DNA of 54,665 nt, filler included, from Sphacelaria rigidula (lineage: Eukaryota): assembly GCA_964200075.2 (NCBI GenBank). It is 5 parts of 5 records of this genome, joined end to end, with 100 filler letters (N's around TTAATTAATTAA, not from the genome) between each part and the next. Parts side by side here need not be neighbours in the genome. Positions count along the whole stretch, not along the records: positions 10,954 to 21,806 come from CAXNAA020005791.1; positions 21,907 to 32,759 come from CAXNAA020005792.1; 3 more parts are not named here. The stretch is one strand, 5' to 3'. Numbering within the stretch: the first letter of the stretch is position 1; every line of letters begins with the position of its first letter. The position numbers and the translations under genes are program-made. This document shows positions 12,560 to 24,600 of the stretch, one piece after another. The notes under the pieces were generated by a model. It had not been told where the DNA came from. It ran no database searches and saw only the letters and a program-made list of their open reading frames with translations.

Positions 12560-13900
12560 TTGATTTGCGACAATCAATTCACCCATCGATCAATCAAGAC
12601 ACGCATGTGGGAACAGCTGTCTGCGCTGCAGTCCGGTATGATCTGCCTGAGGTTTGGCACGCAATATGCGATACTTGTCCGAGATATTTCATTCACCAGT
12701 GGGCGCCGCCGCACAGAACACGTACATACACTTCTCATGGAGAGGGACTTGTTCAACCCGAATAACGTGAACGTAATTCACCGACTGTAAAGCCGCCGGG
12801 GGCGCCTGGGCACCCCCACATGATCCAAACAATTTCATGCTCGCTCAAGCTCTCACGGTGTTTTCAAGATTCGGGAGACTACAATTTCACACACGTGTTC
12901 CTCAGGCCGAACCCGGGAGGGTACCAGCGTCTAGGCGTTGATGAGCACTGGGTAGGTTCACCGGTCTCTCGGGGTCCTCTTTCACCGAAAACCGGTGGGG
13001 GAACCCGAAAACTGATGAAACCGAACAATACAGTAGAGTCAAAATGCTGGCAACCTCGAGCTTGTGTTGACGAAACACGTCTGTGAAGTTCGTTTTCCCG
13101 AATCTTGAAGATGGCGTAGAACATTACGGCGAAGTGAATCTCGGACGGTCTCCCCCGGACCAGCCTGTGAAATCTGATTTCGGAACCAATGGAAGCAGAC
13201 CAGACCTCCAACACTTGGTTTCGCAGTCAAGAAGAACAAGGAGGACTTGTGTCAATCGAAGACGTTGGCCGTAAGCCATGACATCATGACATGTCAGCTA
13301 TTCCACGTCCGGAGCGGACCAGCGAACGTGAAATTTCCCGGGCTCCGACAGCAGCGCGTGCCACGCCGAAGAGGCCGGTGTACCCTTGCTGCGCCGCCGA
13401 CATGACTCCACATGCGAAAAACACCATACAGTAAATCTACAGAGAGATGCCGCGGTAGGTCCGCCCCCCTTCCCCCCCGCCAGAAAAATGGCAGGTTTGA
13501 GGGGGTTATATCTACGTGCAAACCAAAATGACAAAAGCCGGGAAAATCGGGCAGCTGGGAACTCTCATGCTCGCGATCGATTTCGCCAATGTCGCTCATA
13601 CGAGGGGCTTCGTGAAATCTGAAACCAGCTATCATGCGCTACATGTCCATTTTCTTCGTGGCAGTTTTGCGGATTGGCTATCGCGGAATCACTCTCCATA
13701 GGACAGGATGAGGGGTGCGGAATATCTGTGGGTACTGTTGCCGGTCGTCCCAGTGGCTCCGTTGGTGACCTCGAATCCTTTTGACGGTTGGGTCATGGGT
13801 TTCTGTCTCGGTAAGCATGATCCGGGATTTTGTGCTCACACCATGCCCAACCGTGGAGAGCGATATGTCGTGGGTACACAAAAGTCGACTTCACGGTCGA
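12560..13900 (+). pseudogene. Possible heavily decayed tyrosine-recombinase (DIRS/Ngaro-like) element fragment in an intron
   Basis: Scattered across frames but in plausible order: LQRDAA, LYLRA(NQ)ND (cf. LxIRxSKND), and GKHDPGFCAHTMPNRG (cf. the HSxRxG box). Weak, by-eye match only. Confidence 0.3.
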
Positions 13901-15027
13901 CGGAGAATGGGGTCGCTGACCCCTTAACCCCTTTCGCGACTAGAAAAAGTAAGGCATGCGCCGCAGACGGAAGGTGGAGAAGTGAAACAAAATAAAGGAA
14001 GGAGAAAACAAAAACTCACGTGTGCTGGCCTTCCTCCTGTGTGACCCCGACTGATGCGCCCACATGAACCGAAATGTGTGTACACTGGCGTCCAGAAAAG
14101 ACGGGATGACAACTCACAACAACTGCGGTATACTGGGCATGTTGTCTGCCGATGCCCCGCGTACCACGCGATTCTCACAAGTTGGGTCAGCCGATACCCG
14201 ATGTACCCTGGAGTACTGGGTACTCGAGTTGTCCTGATAGCTCAAGGTGCCTCAGGGTACATACTCTGTCCTACTGCATCTTTGTTAGCGATCCACCTCC
14301 CGGCCTCGATTTATACTCAACTCGGTGCTGCAGTACGAGATTCAGCGAAGGTGGCGTGATGACGATATACTCGTCGAGATCTGCCAAACACGGGCTTTAC
14401 GATCAGGACATCGTGTTTTCTTTTGGAGAGAAAATCGAGGTCACCTAATCCTTTTGGGTCGAGAGTAGTGCCCAGAATCGGCGTTCGGAGCGCCCTCTGA
14501 TGATTGATTATGGCGATCCGGCCGTGGTCAAAAGTTACGCAGACCCGAGGTGAAGTAAAGCAAAAGCATTGGCTGAAGAAAACTCGGCAAAAGTAGGAGG
14601 CAGAGAAAGATGGAACAAACGGTGTACATTGAACAAAAGCGAGACGTCATTTGGAACAGAAGAGAGGGAAGAAAAAGAGAGATGATGAGGAGAACACGAA
14701 TATCCCGGTCCTGATAGAAGTATCTGGCTTATGCGGTGAGGTTTACGGTTCATACACATGATGTCAGCGTGTCGTGGTTCGAAAACCCCCAACCGGAGAC
14801 AATTTATGCCAGTATTCCAACATTGTTTTCGAAGAAGCATTGCACATAAGAATATTTCGTGTCATCGCATTGTACTGCAGCACTCGGCTATCTCGTGCCG
14901 ATGCCCGATCGTGCTCTTGCAGCCTTTTACATTGTGTCGTATCACAGCGAATTACATACTTGATCAGCATCTATTGGGCTGCCTCATGCCATACCGATTT
15001 CTGCGGCATTGCTCTTGTCCGCAAAAG

Positions 15028-15336
15028 CTTCTTTCAAGTCTGGTGACCTTCCGAAGCCCCCTCCACCAAAAATAGGTCAAGGCGTGCTTTTCCCGGATGA
15101 CGAATTCCCCGCTGTCCTCGGCGGAAACACCATCGACACTGACAAGGACCGCGCCAAAGCGATGGATGATGACACAGAAGCATTTTTGGAGTCTCTTGCC
15201 CCTGCCACGATCAGCACTGCCGGTAGGGACCCAGAAACGTTCCCGGGAATGGTGCCGGGCCCTTCAGGTCCCTTGTTCGGGAGCGGCGAGGACGATGACA
15301 TATTTTCCTCTGCTGCAGGTCCTGGCTCGGCTCTTG
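15028..15336 (+). CDS. Internal exon of the LF/IF-acidic motif gene
   Basis: Acceptor aaag|ct and donor ttg|gtgagt, phase 1/1; ASFKSGDLPKPPPPKIGQGVLFPDDEF...PLFGSGEDDDIFSSAAGPGSAL. Confidence 0.75.
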
Positions 15337-15602
15337 GTGAGTCCCCGAGACAATTTTGGTGCGCAACAACACCAGTGTGCGGTTTTCTCAAGCGTGCAGG
15401 ATGACTGATGGGTCGGAGGGCAAGCGTAAGGAAAACTTTCCCACCTCACGATTGCAATGCTAGTTCTAATGACTCGTGCCCACCAGGCTGGTTCACGGCC
15501 TCTTGAGCTGAAGTACCCCGTCCTCACATTAGATAATATTTCTCTGCTAAGGCGCAGGTGTGGCACTAGTGAAGGAATCATTATCTAGACCGATATCCTG
15601 TG

Positions 15603-15642
<40 letters not shown>

Positions 15643-15771
15643 GCGGGGGGGGGGGGGGGGGGGGGGGGGCCCTTTTTTTGGGAAAAAAACACACGGAGGG
15701 GTGGNNNNNNNNNNATTAGTGGGTATGGGGCAGATAGGAGGGGGGGGGAACGAATAGGCAGAGATACGGGC

Positions 15772-15813
<42 letters not shown>

Positions 15814-16729
15814 GGTCGATGGGCTGGGTCACGCTGTGTGGCTTGTGCGAGGAAGCGAGCCCTTGTTTTCGTAAAAGAACACACGAAGGGTTGGTACAGA
15901 AGTAGTGTGACGAACGGTGGTTTGACGTCTCGTGGAGGAGGAGTTGATGCAGTGCCGATAGAGTCTGTGCCAAAATATGCCGTATCTGATGATATGCAAA
16001 AAAAAAAGTTGCGAACGAAACTGTTTTTCCATCCTCACGCATCATATCAAATTGCTCTACATGGTTGGCAGCGTCTATCTTGAGGTGTGCAGCCATTGTT
16101 GCGTTGGTCACGTGGCGGGCAGTTCCCCACAATGACAAAAATGACGCTACCAAATGATTCGACTTGAAAAGAGTTCTCGCATTACTCTGCAGTCGTGTAT
16201 TCATACTCCAGCCGCAGCGTCTATTTGCTTCTCCACTACTGGAATCCCCCCTTCCTCCCCTGTCGCCCGCATTGGGCATTTACGCACTTGAGACAGGAAC
16301 AGGCATAAGAAATTGAAATAGAAATGTAATGTAAGGAACATGCCCAGAGATTGCCAGCATTAGTTGATAGTTCTGTATGAAAGAGCGTCACGAAAGAGTA
16401 GGCTGGAATAAAGTCGGATAGCGCAGTCGAGAAAGTATGGAAGGACATGGATGGGAACAAAGACGAGGATATGCCCATGCGTGAATATCGGGGGTACAAG
16501 ACAAAAGTAAGAGGCACGAAGAAAATAAGGGGGAAAACGAGCGCTAAGACGGAAAGGAGACGGTGAAGAGCTCCTGGAGACACACGAGGGTTCAGGGAGG
16601 GGATAGGGATGAGAACATATCTGCATGGCCCAATGGAGTCTGCGGAATAGTTTAATGTGCGATTTCGAATGTGACACCTTGCCTTGCCAGAAAGGAGAAA
16701 GAGGTTTACTTGTGGGGTGGAGGAGGGCG

Positions 16730-17510
16730 TACATGCGCAGAATTACCCCTGTGGCAAAGCAATACAGGGTAAAACCCATATAGTGGCAGAATGTGAACTT
16801 TACATGGCAGAACGGGACGTGTTTGACGGGGGAAATGTAGGGGGTAAGTGAATGTGGCATGGAAGCGCTTGGTACATAGGACAGTAGCGAGGAGACGATG
16901 TCTATACTGAGAGATGGATGGTGGCCACAGACGGCGAAACAGGAAGGAGAAGATATGTGAAAGGTTGTCTATTATTTATGAATGAAATGTGAGCGTCCAA
17001 ATGTTGGAGGTGTCTCATTGGGAGTAAGAGCTCCGTTTTGAAAGGGGTGCGTGGTGAATGGTCAAATGACTGGAGTAAGCGATATATGTGTAAACCCGCC
17101 TCTCGTCCATCGAGAGTAGAGGAGAGTGTAGATGCACAGAATTGCCCCTGTGGCAGAGCAATAGAGAGTAGAATCTATGTTGTGGCAGACTGTGAACCGT
17201 GACAGGAAGAACGGGACGTGATAAGGAGGGGAAAATGCGGGAAGTAAACGAATGTGGCGTGCAGTTGTTTAGTACAGTAGACAGTAGCGAGAAAGCGATG
17301 GCTAAACAAGGAGGTTAATGGTGGCCACAGACGGCGAAACAAGAAGGGGAAGATATGCAAAAGGTTGTAAGTAACGTATTGAAGAAACGTGATGAGCGCC
17401 CCAGCGTTGAAGGTGTTTCTACTGGGAGTAGGAGTGGTGCTCCGTCATGAAAGAGGGGCGTGGTCAATAGTCAAATTACGAAGGCAAGCAACAAATGAGT
17501 ACGCCCCCGC
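16730..17510 (-). repeat. Diverged tandem duplication (~400-bp period); each unit carries the dispersed terminus family also found upstream of the Helitron ORF
   Basis: 16735-17100 aligns with 17135-17510 (cagaatt.cccctgtggca; atggtggccacagacggcgaaaca); the last ~200 bp match 25975-26195. Confidence 0.85.
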
Positions 17511-17644
17511 CGCCCCCCTTGTCCCCGCTTATCCCCATTTGCCTCTTCACGCCTCTAGATTGCACTGTCCCTCATCTCTCCTCTCCTCGTACACATGGAC
17601 GATCCAACCGATGCCCCTCGCTGGATAACCCGGTTCTCGTACAG

Positions 17645-17991
17645 CATCAGCTGCCGCAGGTGGCGGCGGTGGCAGCATTTTTGACAGGGGCGACACGGGC
17701 GGTGGTTTCTCCATAGAATCCGAAGAAGAAAGCGCGGACGATAACATTTTCGGGGGTGGAGGTGGTGGCGGCGGAGTTGCCAGAGAAGCAGACGTTCTCA
17801 GAGAGGCAAATGCTGTTGTTGGTGGCGACGGGAGACGGGTTGACAATGGAAATGCTAGCCCTAGTGCTTCCTTTCTGTCTGCGCTAGGGGATGCTGATTT
17901 GTCGCTGAGTGGGCAGGATGGGGGAAAAGGGTATAGTAGTGCGGGGAATAACGGGGAGGGCAGGGAGGGCATGTTTGACGTGAGGTTGTAG
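17645..17991 (+). CDS. Terminal exon of the LF/IF-acidic motif gene
   Basis: Acceptor gtacag|ca, phase 1; ASAAAGGGGGSIFDRGDTGGGFSIESEEESADDNIFGGG...GMFDVRL with TAG at 17989-17991. The ORF track missed it. Confidence 0.7.
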
Positions 17992-18150
17992 CCCGTGGGA
18001 AAATGTTGGCTATAGGTCGTCGTTTTTATTTGCGTTGGAGGATGTTAACTTGTCGTTGAGTGCACAGCACAGGGGAAAAGGGTATGGTGATGCGGGGAAT
18101 GGTGGAAAGGGCTGGGAGAGTATGCTCGACGGGAGCTTGCAGCCAGCTGG
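17849..18150 (+). repeat. Diverged ~150-bp tandem duplication spanning the stop codon
   Basis: LGDADLSLSGQDGGKGYSSAGNNGEGREGMFDVRL* versus LEDVNLSLSAQHRGKGYGDAGNGGKGWESMLDGSLQ. Confidence 0.8.
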
Positions 18151-19049
18151 AGGTCGCACGAGATCGGCTGTTTTTCCTCTTTTTTGTTTTTCTTCTTTTG
18201 AGGTCTTGCTTGTGCGCTTGTCTCCCTGCCGACACTTGTGGGAATGCGGCAGTTTATTACTCCTGTTGCTGCTGCTACGACTGTTTGTCCTGCAGCATCC
18301 CTTTGTTGTTTTCGGAATTCGGTCTTGCCATTTTTATTGAGGAGAAGATGGGGAAAGGGATCCCCGCCGTTTCGTGAATGTCAGAAAGAGGGAAATGGGT
18401 GCATGCTCGATACCGGTCGTAACGTTCAACTTTCTCAGGTTGTGAGGCTGTCATGCGCGCGCAACGGACCAGAGATATTTGGGTTTTCGTCATGATTTGG
18501 TTTTTGGTCGTGTCTCCGGTGTATTCGTTCAGGTCACTGATGATGACCTACAGCCTGGTTCATGCTTATCACTCAAAATTGTGTCCTCAGCAAGTGCCTT
18601 TCGCAAAACCTACCCGATAGTCGCGTGCATGATGTCATACTAACCGCCATGGACAGCCGAAGAGCGTCCAGCCGGATTTGTGTTCAAGATCATAGTGGTG
18701 GCGTCAAGGGCGAAAATACACCTCGACCAATCAGCGCCCTCGAAAATTATTCGGAAATCGAACACATGGATTTCAAGCCCAATACTCACCTAATCTTGAA
18801 CATCCTGTGAAAAGACGTTTCATACCAAGACCAAGTAGTTTGAAGTTTGCACGTTTGAAGCTTATGTCATCGCACAGATGCGTCAACTTTCACGGCGTTT
18901 TGAGGACGTTAACCGTGGAACTTTGCACAAGTGTCCCATGAGTCATTATGGATATTATTCCAGTTGGCCAGATTTTTACGACTTTTCCCATTTATCACCA
19001 TTTTTCGGGGATCCGATGGGATCCAAGTTTCCCCAGAAACCCTGGCCAT

Positions 19050-21804
19050 GAAGTTACAGAGTTTTTGCTCAAAGGTATGCTGCATACGGATGATGATGGT
19101 GTAGTTCTTTTATATGGGGGCTTTGAGATTCCCGACGGGCAAAACGAATTCGGTTTCTAAGAGAGGACGTGGGCAACCTTTGGATATATCGTGGATAGCT
19201 GATTAACAAGCAGGTTCTGCCTGTTGTTCCCGGGCCCTATCGGCGTAGGAGAAGAGGGTCAAACGTGCTTTGCATACGCTATCTGCTGTTGAAGCGTCCA
19301 CTTCGCGTTGGGTCGGATCGGGGTGGGAGTGACACCAAGCGGTGATATCGGAATCAAGGGTAAGCCTACAAGGTGGTGTGTTCTCGGGCGGAACGTCAAC
19401 GTCTACTCCTGCGTCGATTAGCGTGGTGGGTGTTGTGGTGGTGTTGTCAACATCATCAAGGGAGGGAGGCGCAGCCGTGGTTTCGGCTATGGTTGGCAAG
19501 GGAGGCACGGTCGGGGTCGATTTTCTGGGGGCCTTGCATCTTGGAGGTTGAGGAGGCGCAAGGAAACTATCGGGGACCGGAGTGGGAGTGGGGGCAGGGA
19601 GGGGAAGGTCAGGACCAGATACGGCCAATTTGGTGGCCGTGTTGGCGGTCCGCCGTCCACACTTCCTAGTCGAAATCAAATCTTGAACTTGAACTGGTGA
19701 GACGGAGTCTGTAAAGGATGATTTTACACCTGCTGCGAAAACCACGCGTTGGCCACTTGCACGAAAATGATCACAGCCAACAGTATTCGTTTCATCGATA
19801 GGTTGAGCTGGTGTGGGCAAGCGTGACAGGAAGTCGGCGTTTGCATTTTGCGGGTATGTGCGATATTTTAACTGGAAGTTGTAAGACGACAGGATTTCGA
19901 ACCAGCGTTGTACCCTAGCATTGTGTTCCGCCATTTTGGCGAGGCTTTCCAAAGATGGTTAGTATAAATCACAAACGGGGTGTCATGCAAATATTGACGC
20001 AGACGTCGCACGCCCCGAACAACTGCGCCGGCCTCTTGTTTCATGACAGACCAATTATGTTCATTTGGAAAAGTGGTTCGACTCAGGTATACGATGGAAC
20101 GAACAGTAGCATCGTTTTGCTTCTGTTCTAATGTGCAGCCAAACTCAATTTTGGAAGAATTTGTGTGGAGACGAAAAGGGCGGGAACCATGTTCCGCGGC
20201 CGACCAGTCGGGGAAGACGAGTATCGGCGGACGCGAAAGGGTGTCAAGAAGACTGCGAATGTTTTTTTCCATTTCCGATTCAAACATATATATCACCCCT
20301 TTTTTGAGGAGGGTGGTGAGGGGTTTGAGCGTTTGGGCAAGATTTGGCAAGTACTGTCTGTAAAAGCATAAACCTCCCAACAAGGAACGCAGTTGAGAAA
20401 TGTCCCGTCGAATGGGCATATCGGCGAGTGCGGCGACCTTGTTGAGGTTTAGGCTACGACCTCCGGAGGTGATGCAATGACCCAGGAACTCAATCTTCGT
20501 GGCGCCAATTCGGGATGTGGAGGGGCGAGTTCCGAGTTGTGTTGTTCAAACCGACCAAAGAGTAATGCCAATTGTTCGACGTGTTCGGCCGGTGTGCAAT
20601 CGTGACACACCGCATCAAGGTACGTATGACATTTCGTCAATCCATCAGTCACACGGAACATCACACGTTGAAACGCACCTGGGGCTCTCCGGCGGCACCT
20701 TGTGGTGTAACCAGCCACTGGTACGAAGCTGATGGAGTGCAAAACGCCGTCAGTTCAACGGAATTCGGATCCATCACGAGCTGATGGTAGCCAGACTGCA
20801 TGTCGAAGTTCGAAAATACCTTACCCCCGCCAAGAGCGTCAATGATTTCATCAATTCGTGGACGAGGCAGCCGGGCGATTTTGGTGGCAGCGTTCAATCG
20901 TTGATAATTGAACGTCAGTCTGATTTTGCCATTCTTGCGGACGACTACTAAAGATGACGCCCACGGAGACGTCGAGTGCCGAATTAAACCGGCGGATGAG
21001 TAACCATCGAGAATTACTTGGATCTTATCCGCTAAGAGGTGTTCATACGGTACGGATGCACAGCGATGGGCGGAGTGCCATCAGAGATTTTGGTTTTGAA
21101 CGGTGTCGTGGTACATCGATCCGAATCCAAGGGTGCAGTAGAAAAACGTCCAGAATATTCAATCAGGTTGGACCCCAGCCTATCCATTACAGTGGGTGTC
21201 CAACCATCGCCGGATAGGGCAAAAACAATATGCCGCAAATGAAGGGGGATATTATCCCACAACGTTTGGAAACTGGCGCGTTGTTCTGGGGCAGATCTGT
21301 CCAGAAATACAGTTGGGGTTCAGGTTCAGGCGCATCTGGTGGATTTGTCACCATCATGGGGTCAGGCATGTGTAACGGAGGGGGGGGCGTGGTTTTTTGG
21401 GGGTCGGTTGACAAGTTGGTTTCCGCAGGGGGGCACACATCTGACAGGGCAGTTCGTAGGGGAGGCGCTTGAGCATAACCCAACAAATGACCGTTGAGTA
21501 CATCGAAACATGCAGGGGACGTGGGGTAAATGGGTTGTCGGCCTTCATGAACAAACAACTCAGTCTGCTCGTACGGACCAACCTGTGATTGGTCAGGTTT
21601 GAGCAATTCGACCAAATAATGTCCTGTAAGGGCGGGCGATCCATTCTGTCTCACGAGGTGCACATGGATAAGTTGGGGTTCATGAGGGAGCGAGACGACA
21701 GGTTCATCAACATAGTACAGAAGGAAAGCATTAAACAACAAATTGTGAGAATTGAGGTTTAACTTCGAGATGAGGCTCAACCCTAAAACAGTGCTTTCCC
21801 CACA
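19050..21804 (-). mobile_element. pol: Second Gypsy element related to the first; degenerate and internally deleted (LTR head, PR-RT linker, RT, RNase H, start of IN)
   Basis: PALTGHYLVELL; PRPRIDEIIDALGGGKVFSNFDMQSGYHQ; LRSLLGGLCFYRQY; NANADFLSRLP; FSYADRAREQQAEPAC, all collinear with element 1. Confidence 0.93.
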
Positions 21805-21806
21805 CT

Positions 21807-21906
21807 NNNNNNNNNNNNNNNNNNNNNNNNNNNNNNNNNNNNNNNNNNNNTTAATTAATTAANNNNNNNNNNNNNNNNNNNNNNNNNNNNNNNNNNNNNN
21901 NNNNNN
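21807..21906. other. Artificial 100-nt contig linker
   Basis: N44-TTAATTAATTAA-N44. Confidence 0.98.
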
Positions 21907-22599
21907 GTACCTTGGACAGTTTGTCCAGGAGCGTAGCATTCTAGTCGCCCTGCTGACCGATATTCTAAATAAGTAGGAAAGCCAACAGTATTGCTGCACG
22001 ATGTAGGTAAACGCGCGCTCTCCTTATGCTGTCAAACTCTTGTGCCGTATAACTGCAGCAAGACTTCACTACCACAATCCGGTCGTCTCATGGTGGCTCA
22101 GCTAGGATATGGCATACGAACTAGACTCTCGCACAATGAGCATCAATGTACAACTCATGCGTGTGAGGGCATGTTTGTTGTCATTTCTGTGCTTTGTCTC
22201 GGGATATTTAGTAAAACGTACATCATTCTTATATTTTTACTCAGCATGCCTTGCCTATTTTATTTTCGCCATTACTATCTCTACAGTTTCACAGGATTCG
22301 AGAACCGAGGGGGACGGCTGCTGAAAAGGTTACAGAATTGTACAAATATTGGCCCCAGAGATAGTACGTTTCACGCACACTCTTGCGCAATCGTACCCTA
22401 CCCGACGACCTGACGCCATGCTATCGTCTGATACATTCCCCTTCGAGCTCTGGACTGGCCGTAAACATTAAACACGTACCACCGCTGTCTCAATAGCAAG
22501 AAGTTCCTTCCATATCCGCACACCCTATCCGAAACACCTCATACCCGAAGTGTTTGCGTCTCACCTTGAGGGGGACCAAACTGGAACGCCACACTCACA

Positions 22600-23240
22600 T
22601 TCCACCTGACCCCTGAATTTGTGTCGTGTTGGACCGCATTGCCTGAATCTGTCACCACGTTTGATTGTCGAGAACTCTACGTTGTTTCAGGCACTGACGG
22701 GTGGGGAAAAGGGAAAGACTTCAAAAGGGGGGAGGGGCGTACCTATTTGTTTCGAGCATCCAAGTAATTCCCTCAGCTGCTGTAAGCTGCACTGTTCCCC
22801 AACTCCTTCACCAACTTCACTTCATCCAAGTAGTTTTTGAGCTGTTGCACTCTGTACTGTTTTCATCTTCACTATTTTTATTGCATCCAAGTATTGTTTT
22901 CTTTGCTGCCATTTGCACCGTTTCCGCATCAAAGTGTTCTCTTAGCTGCAGCCAGCTGCACTGTTTCCAGTTGTATTTTCACCCCTTCCTTTGCCATGTC
23001 TCATGCTTGTATCAGGTCATCGAAGAATACCTCGGTTAGAGAGGGTGATAACGTACATCCTGGTGCGACTCCTTCAAAAATATATAAAAATATTTCGATA
23101 TTTCCCTGTCTAGCACCGTCGCACTTTTGGCACATTTCTTTCGTCTTAATCGTCCACACCTTTCGTTTGATCACAGTTCCTCATATATTTTCCCACAACC
23201 CATTGCTCCATACTGCGTCATAAGCCTTTTGCACCTCACC
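22600..23240 (-). pseudogene. Non-LTR (LINE) reverse transcriptase relic
   Basis: Manual translation: EVQKAYDAVWSNGLW (DxxKAYD), CAKSATVLDREISKYF, GVAPGCTLSPSL..FFDDL (QGxxLSP), then LETVQxxAAKxxLGC-like segments; stops, frameshifts and an internal deletion. Confidence 0.8.
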
Positions 23241-24600
23241 CCACAGTTTCTTCGACCCCGCCATCGCACTCGAAGCACCCCGCTTCCCCATGTAGTGGTG
23301 CCTTGAAGCTTTTGCCACAGGTGCTACCTCCTGGAATGGCTACACCAGTGCCGAGTTGAAGCACCACGTGTATGATTATGGCAATTTCTTTCGGCGAGTA
23401 CGATACGAAGATGGAGACTGGAAACAGCCATCTCCCTTGGAAGTTTAGCGCCCCAAGCTGAAACGGAGGAGCCAAAGAATAGACTGCAGCCATGGACGTG
23501 TACGAATGGCTGTTGTGTGATGGGGTACACGATGTCATTGCGAGAGGAATACGGTAGTGAAATAAGGGAATATGTAACTATATATTGCTGCTACCGTACG
23601 GTTCAGTCATGAATTTCAAGTGTTCCTTATCTTTTTCTTGTGCCGCTGTGTTATCGATTGCTTCCCATTTGGTGATATACGGGCACATGTGTGAGCCAAG
23701 GCGCGTAGGTTCTATTTCCCGTAGAATAGGTATCGGTAGTTACAGAAGAGCACCCCTCAAAAGCTGCACTCCTGTAACTATTGATCAGTTTGCGGAAAGG
23801 TTGTTTTTAGCGAGGTTTAAGCCCCGCGCTACCCTAGAATCCAGTCTAACTGATCCAGGGTGTCGACGCGCGATCACCCTAACTAGCCGATCGTTCTCCA
23901 GTCTAACTGAGATCCCGGGAAACCGACAGCGACCGTACTTGTCTGCTGTTTCTATCGTTGGAAAGGGCGTTATAGATTTTTTGGTCATGTTCCAGTCGAC
24001 TGGGTTCCATTTGTCATACTTTGTCATGCTTGGTACCTGATGGGTCATACTACATTGTTTGATTGAACTGAGCTGCCTGCCCCCTTTGGGTCACAGCGTT
24101 CTGGACTATGCATCTCAACTAGCAAAGCACAAGTTAGCCTGTACGCCAATAATACAAGAGCATCTACGCCATCAGGGACTGCTATCTCAGAGGATTCTCT
24201 GGTCTTCACAAAATGTAAGCCTGACCTTCATGCAACACATGTTGTGCTGCAGCCTGCGCGACTCATGGCCTGACACCTGACCACTGGTGCGGTGGCTGAC
24301 TTTACACTCAGTAATATCGAACTCAATGGTTTCGATAGTAAAGACTGTGTTTGGGCCTGCTAGCCCCGGTGCCCACTGAACTGGCATCTTCCTACCCAGG
24401 TGGTAAGTATCGTACCATGACATTAGCACACACGCCAACAGAAGGTGGTCATTGTATAGATATTGTTGTAGTCCGGAGTTTGACAGTAAGAAATGGTTAC
24501 TTGAGCGCGAAATAGTGCGGCACTACACCAGTCAGAGGAAGTGAGGATAATATATACGGTGCGCCGTACACAGAGAGAGCAACAGCCGAAGAACTCTCAC

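Noticed and set aside
15600..15815. Poly-Gly/Pro ORFs and G-quadruplex-like tracts (similar tracts near 11000, 35100 and 49500)
   Set aside because: Homopolymer runs next to N gaps with garbled duplicate sequence (49470-49530 looks like a corrupted copy of 49640-49710); probably sequencing or assembly artefacts.
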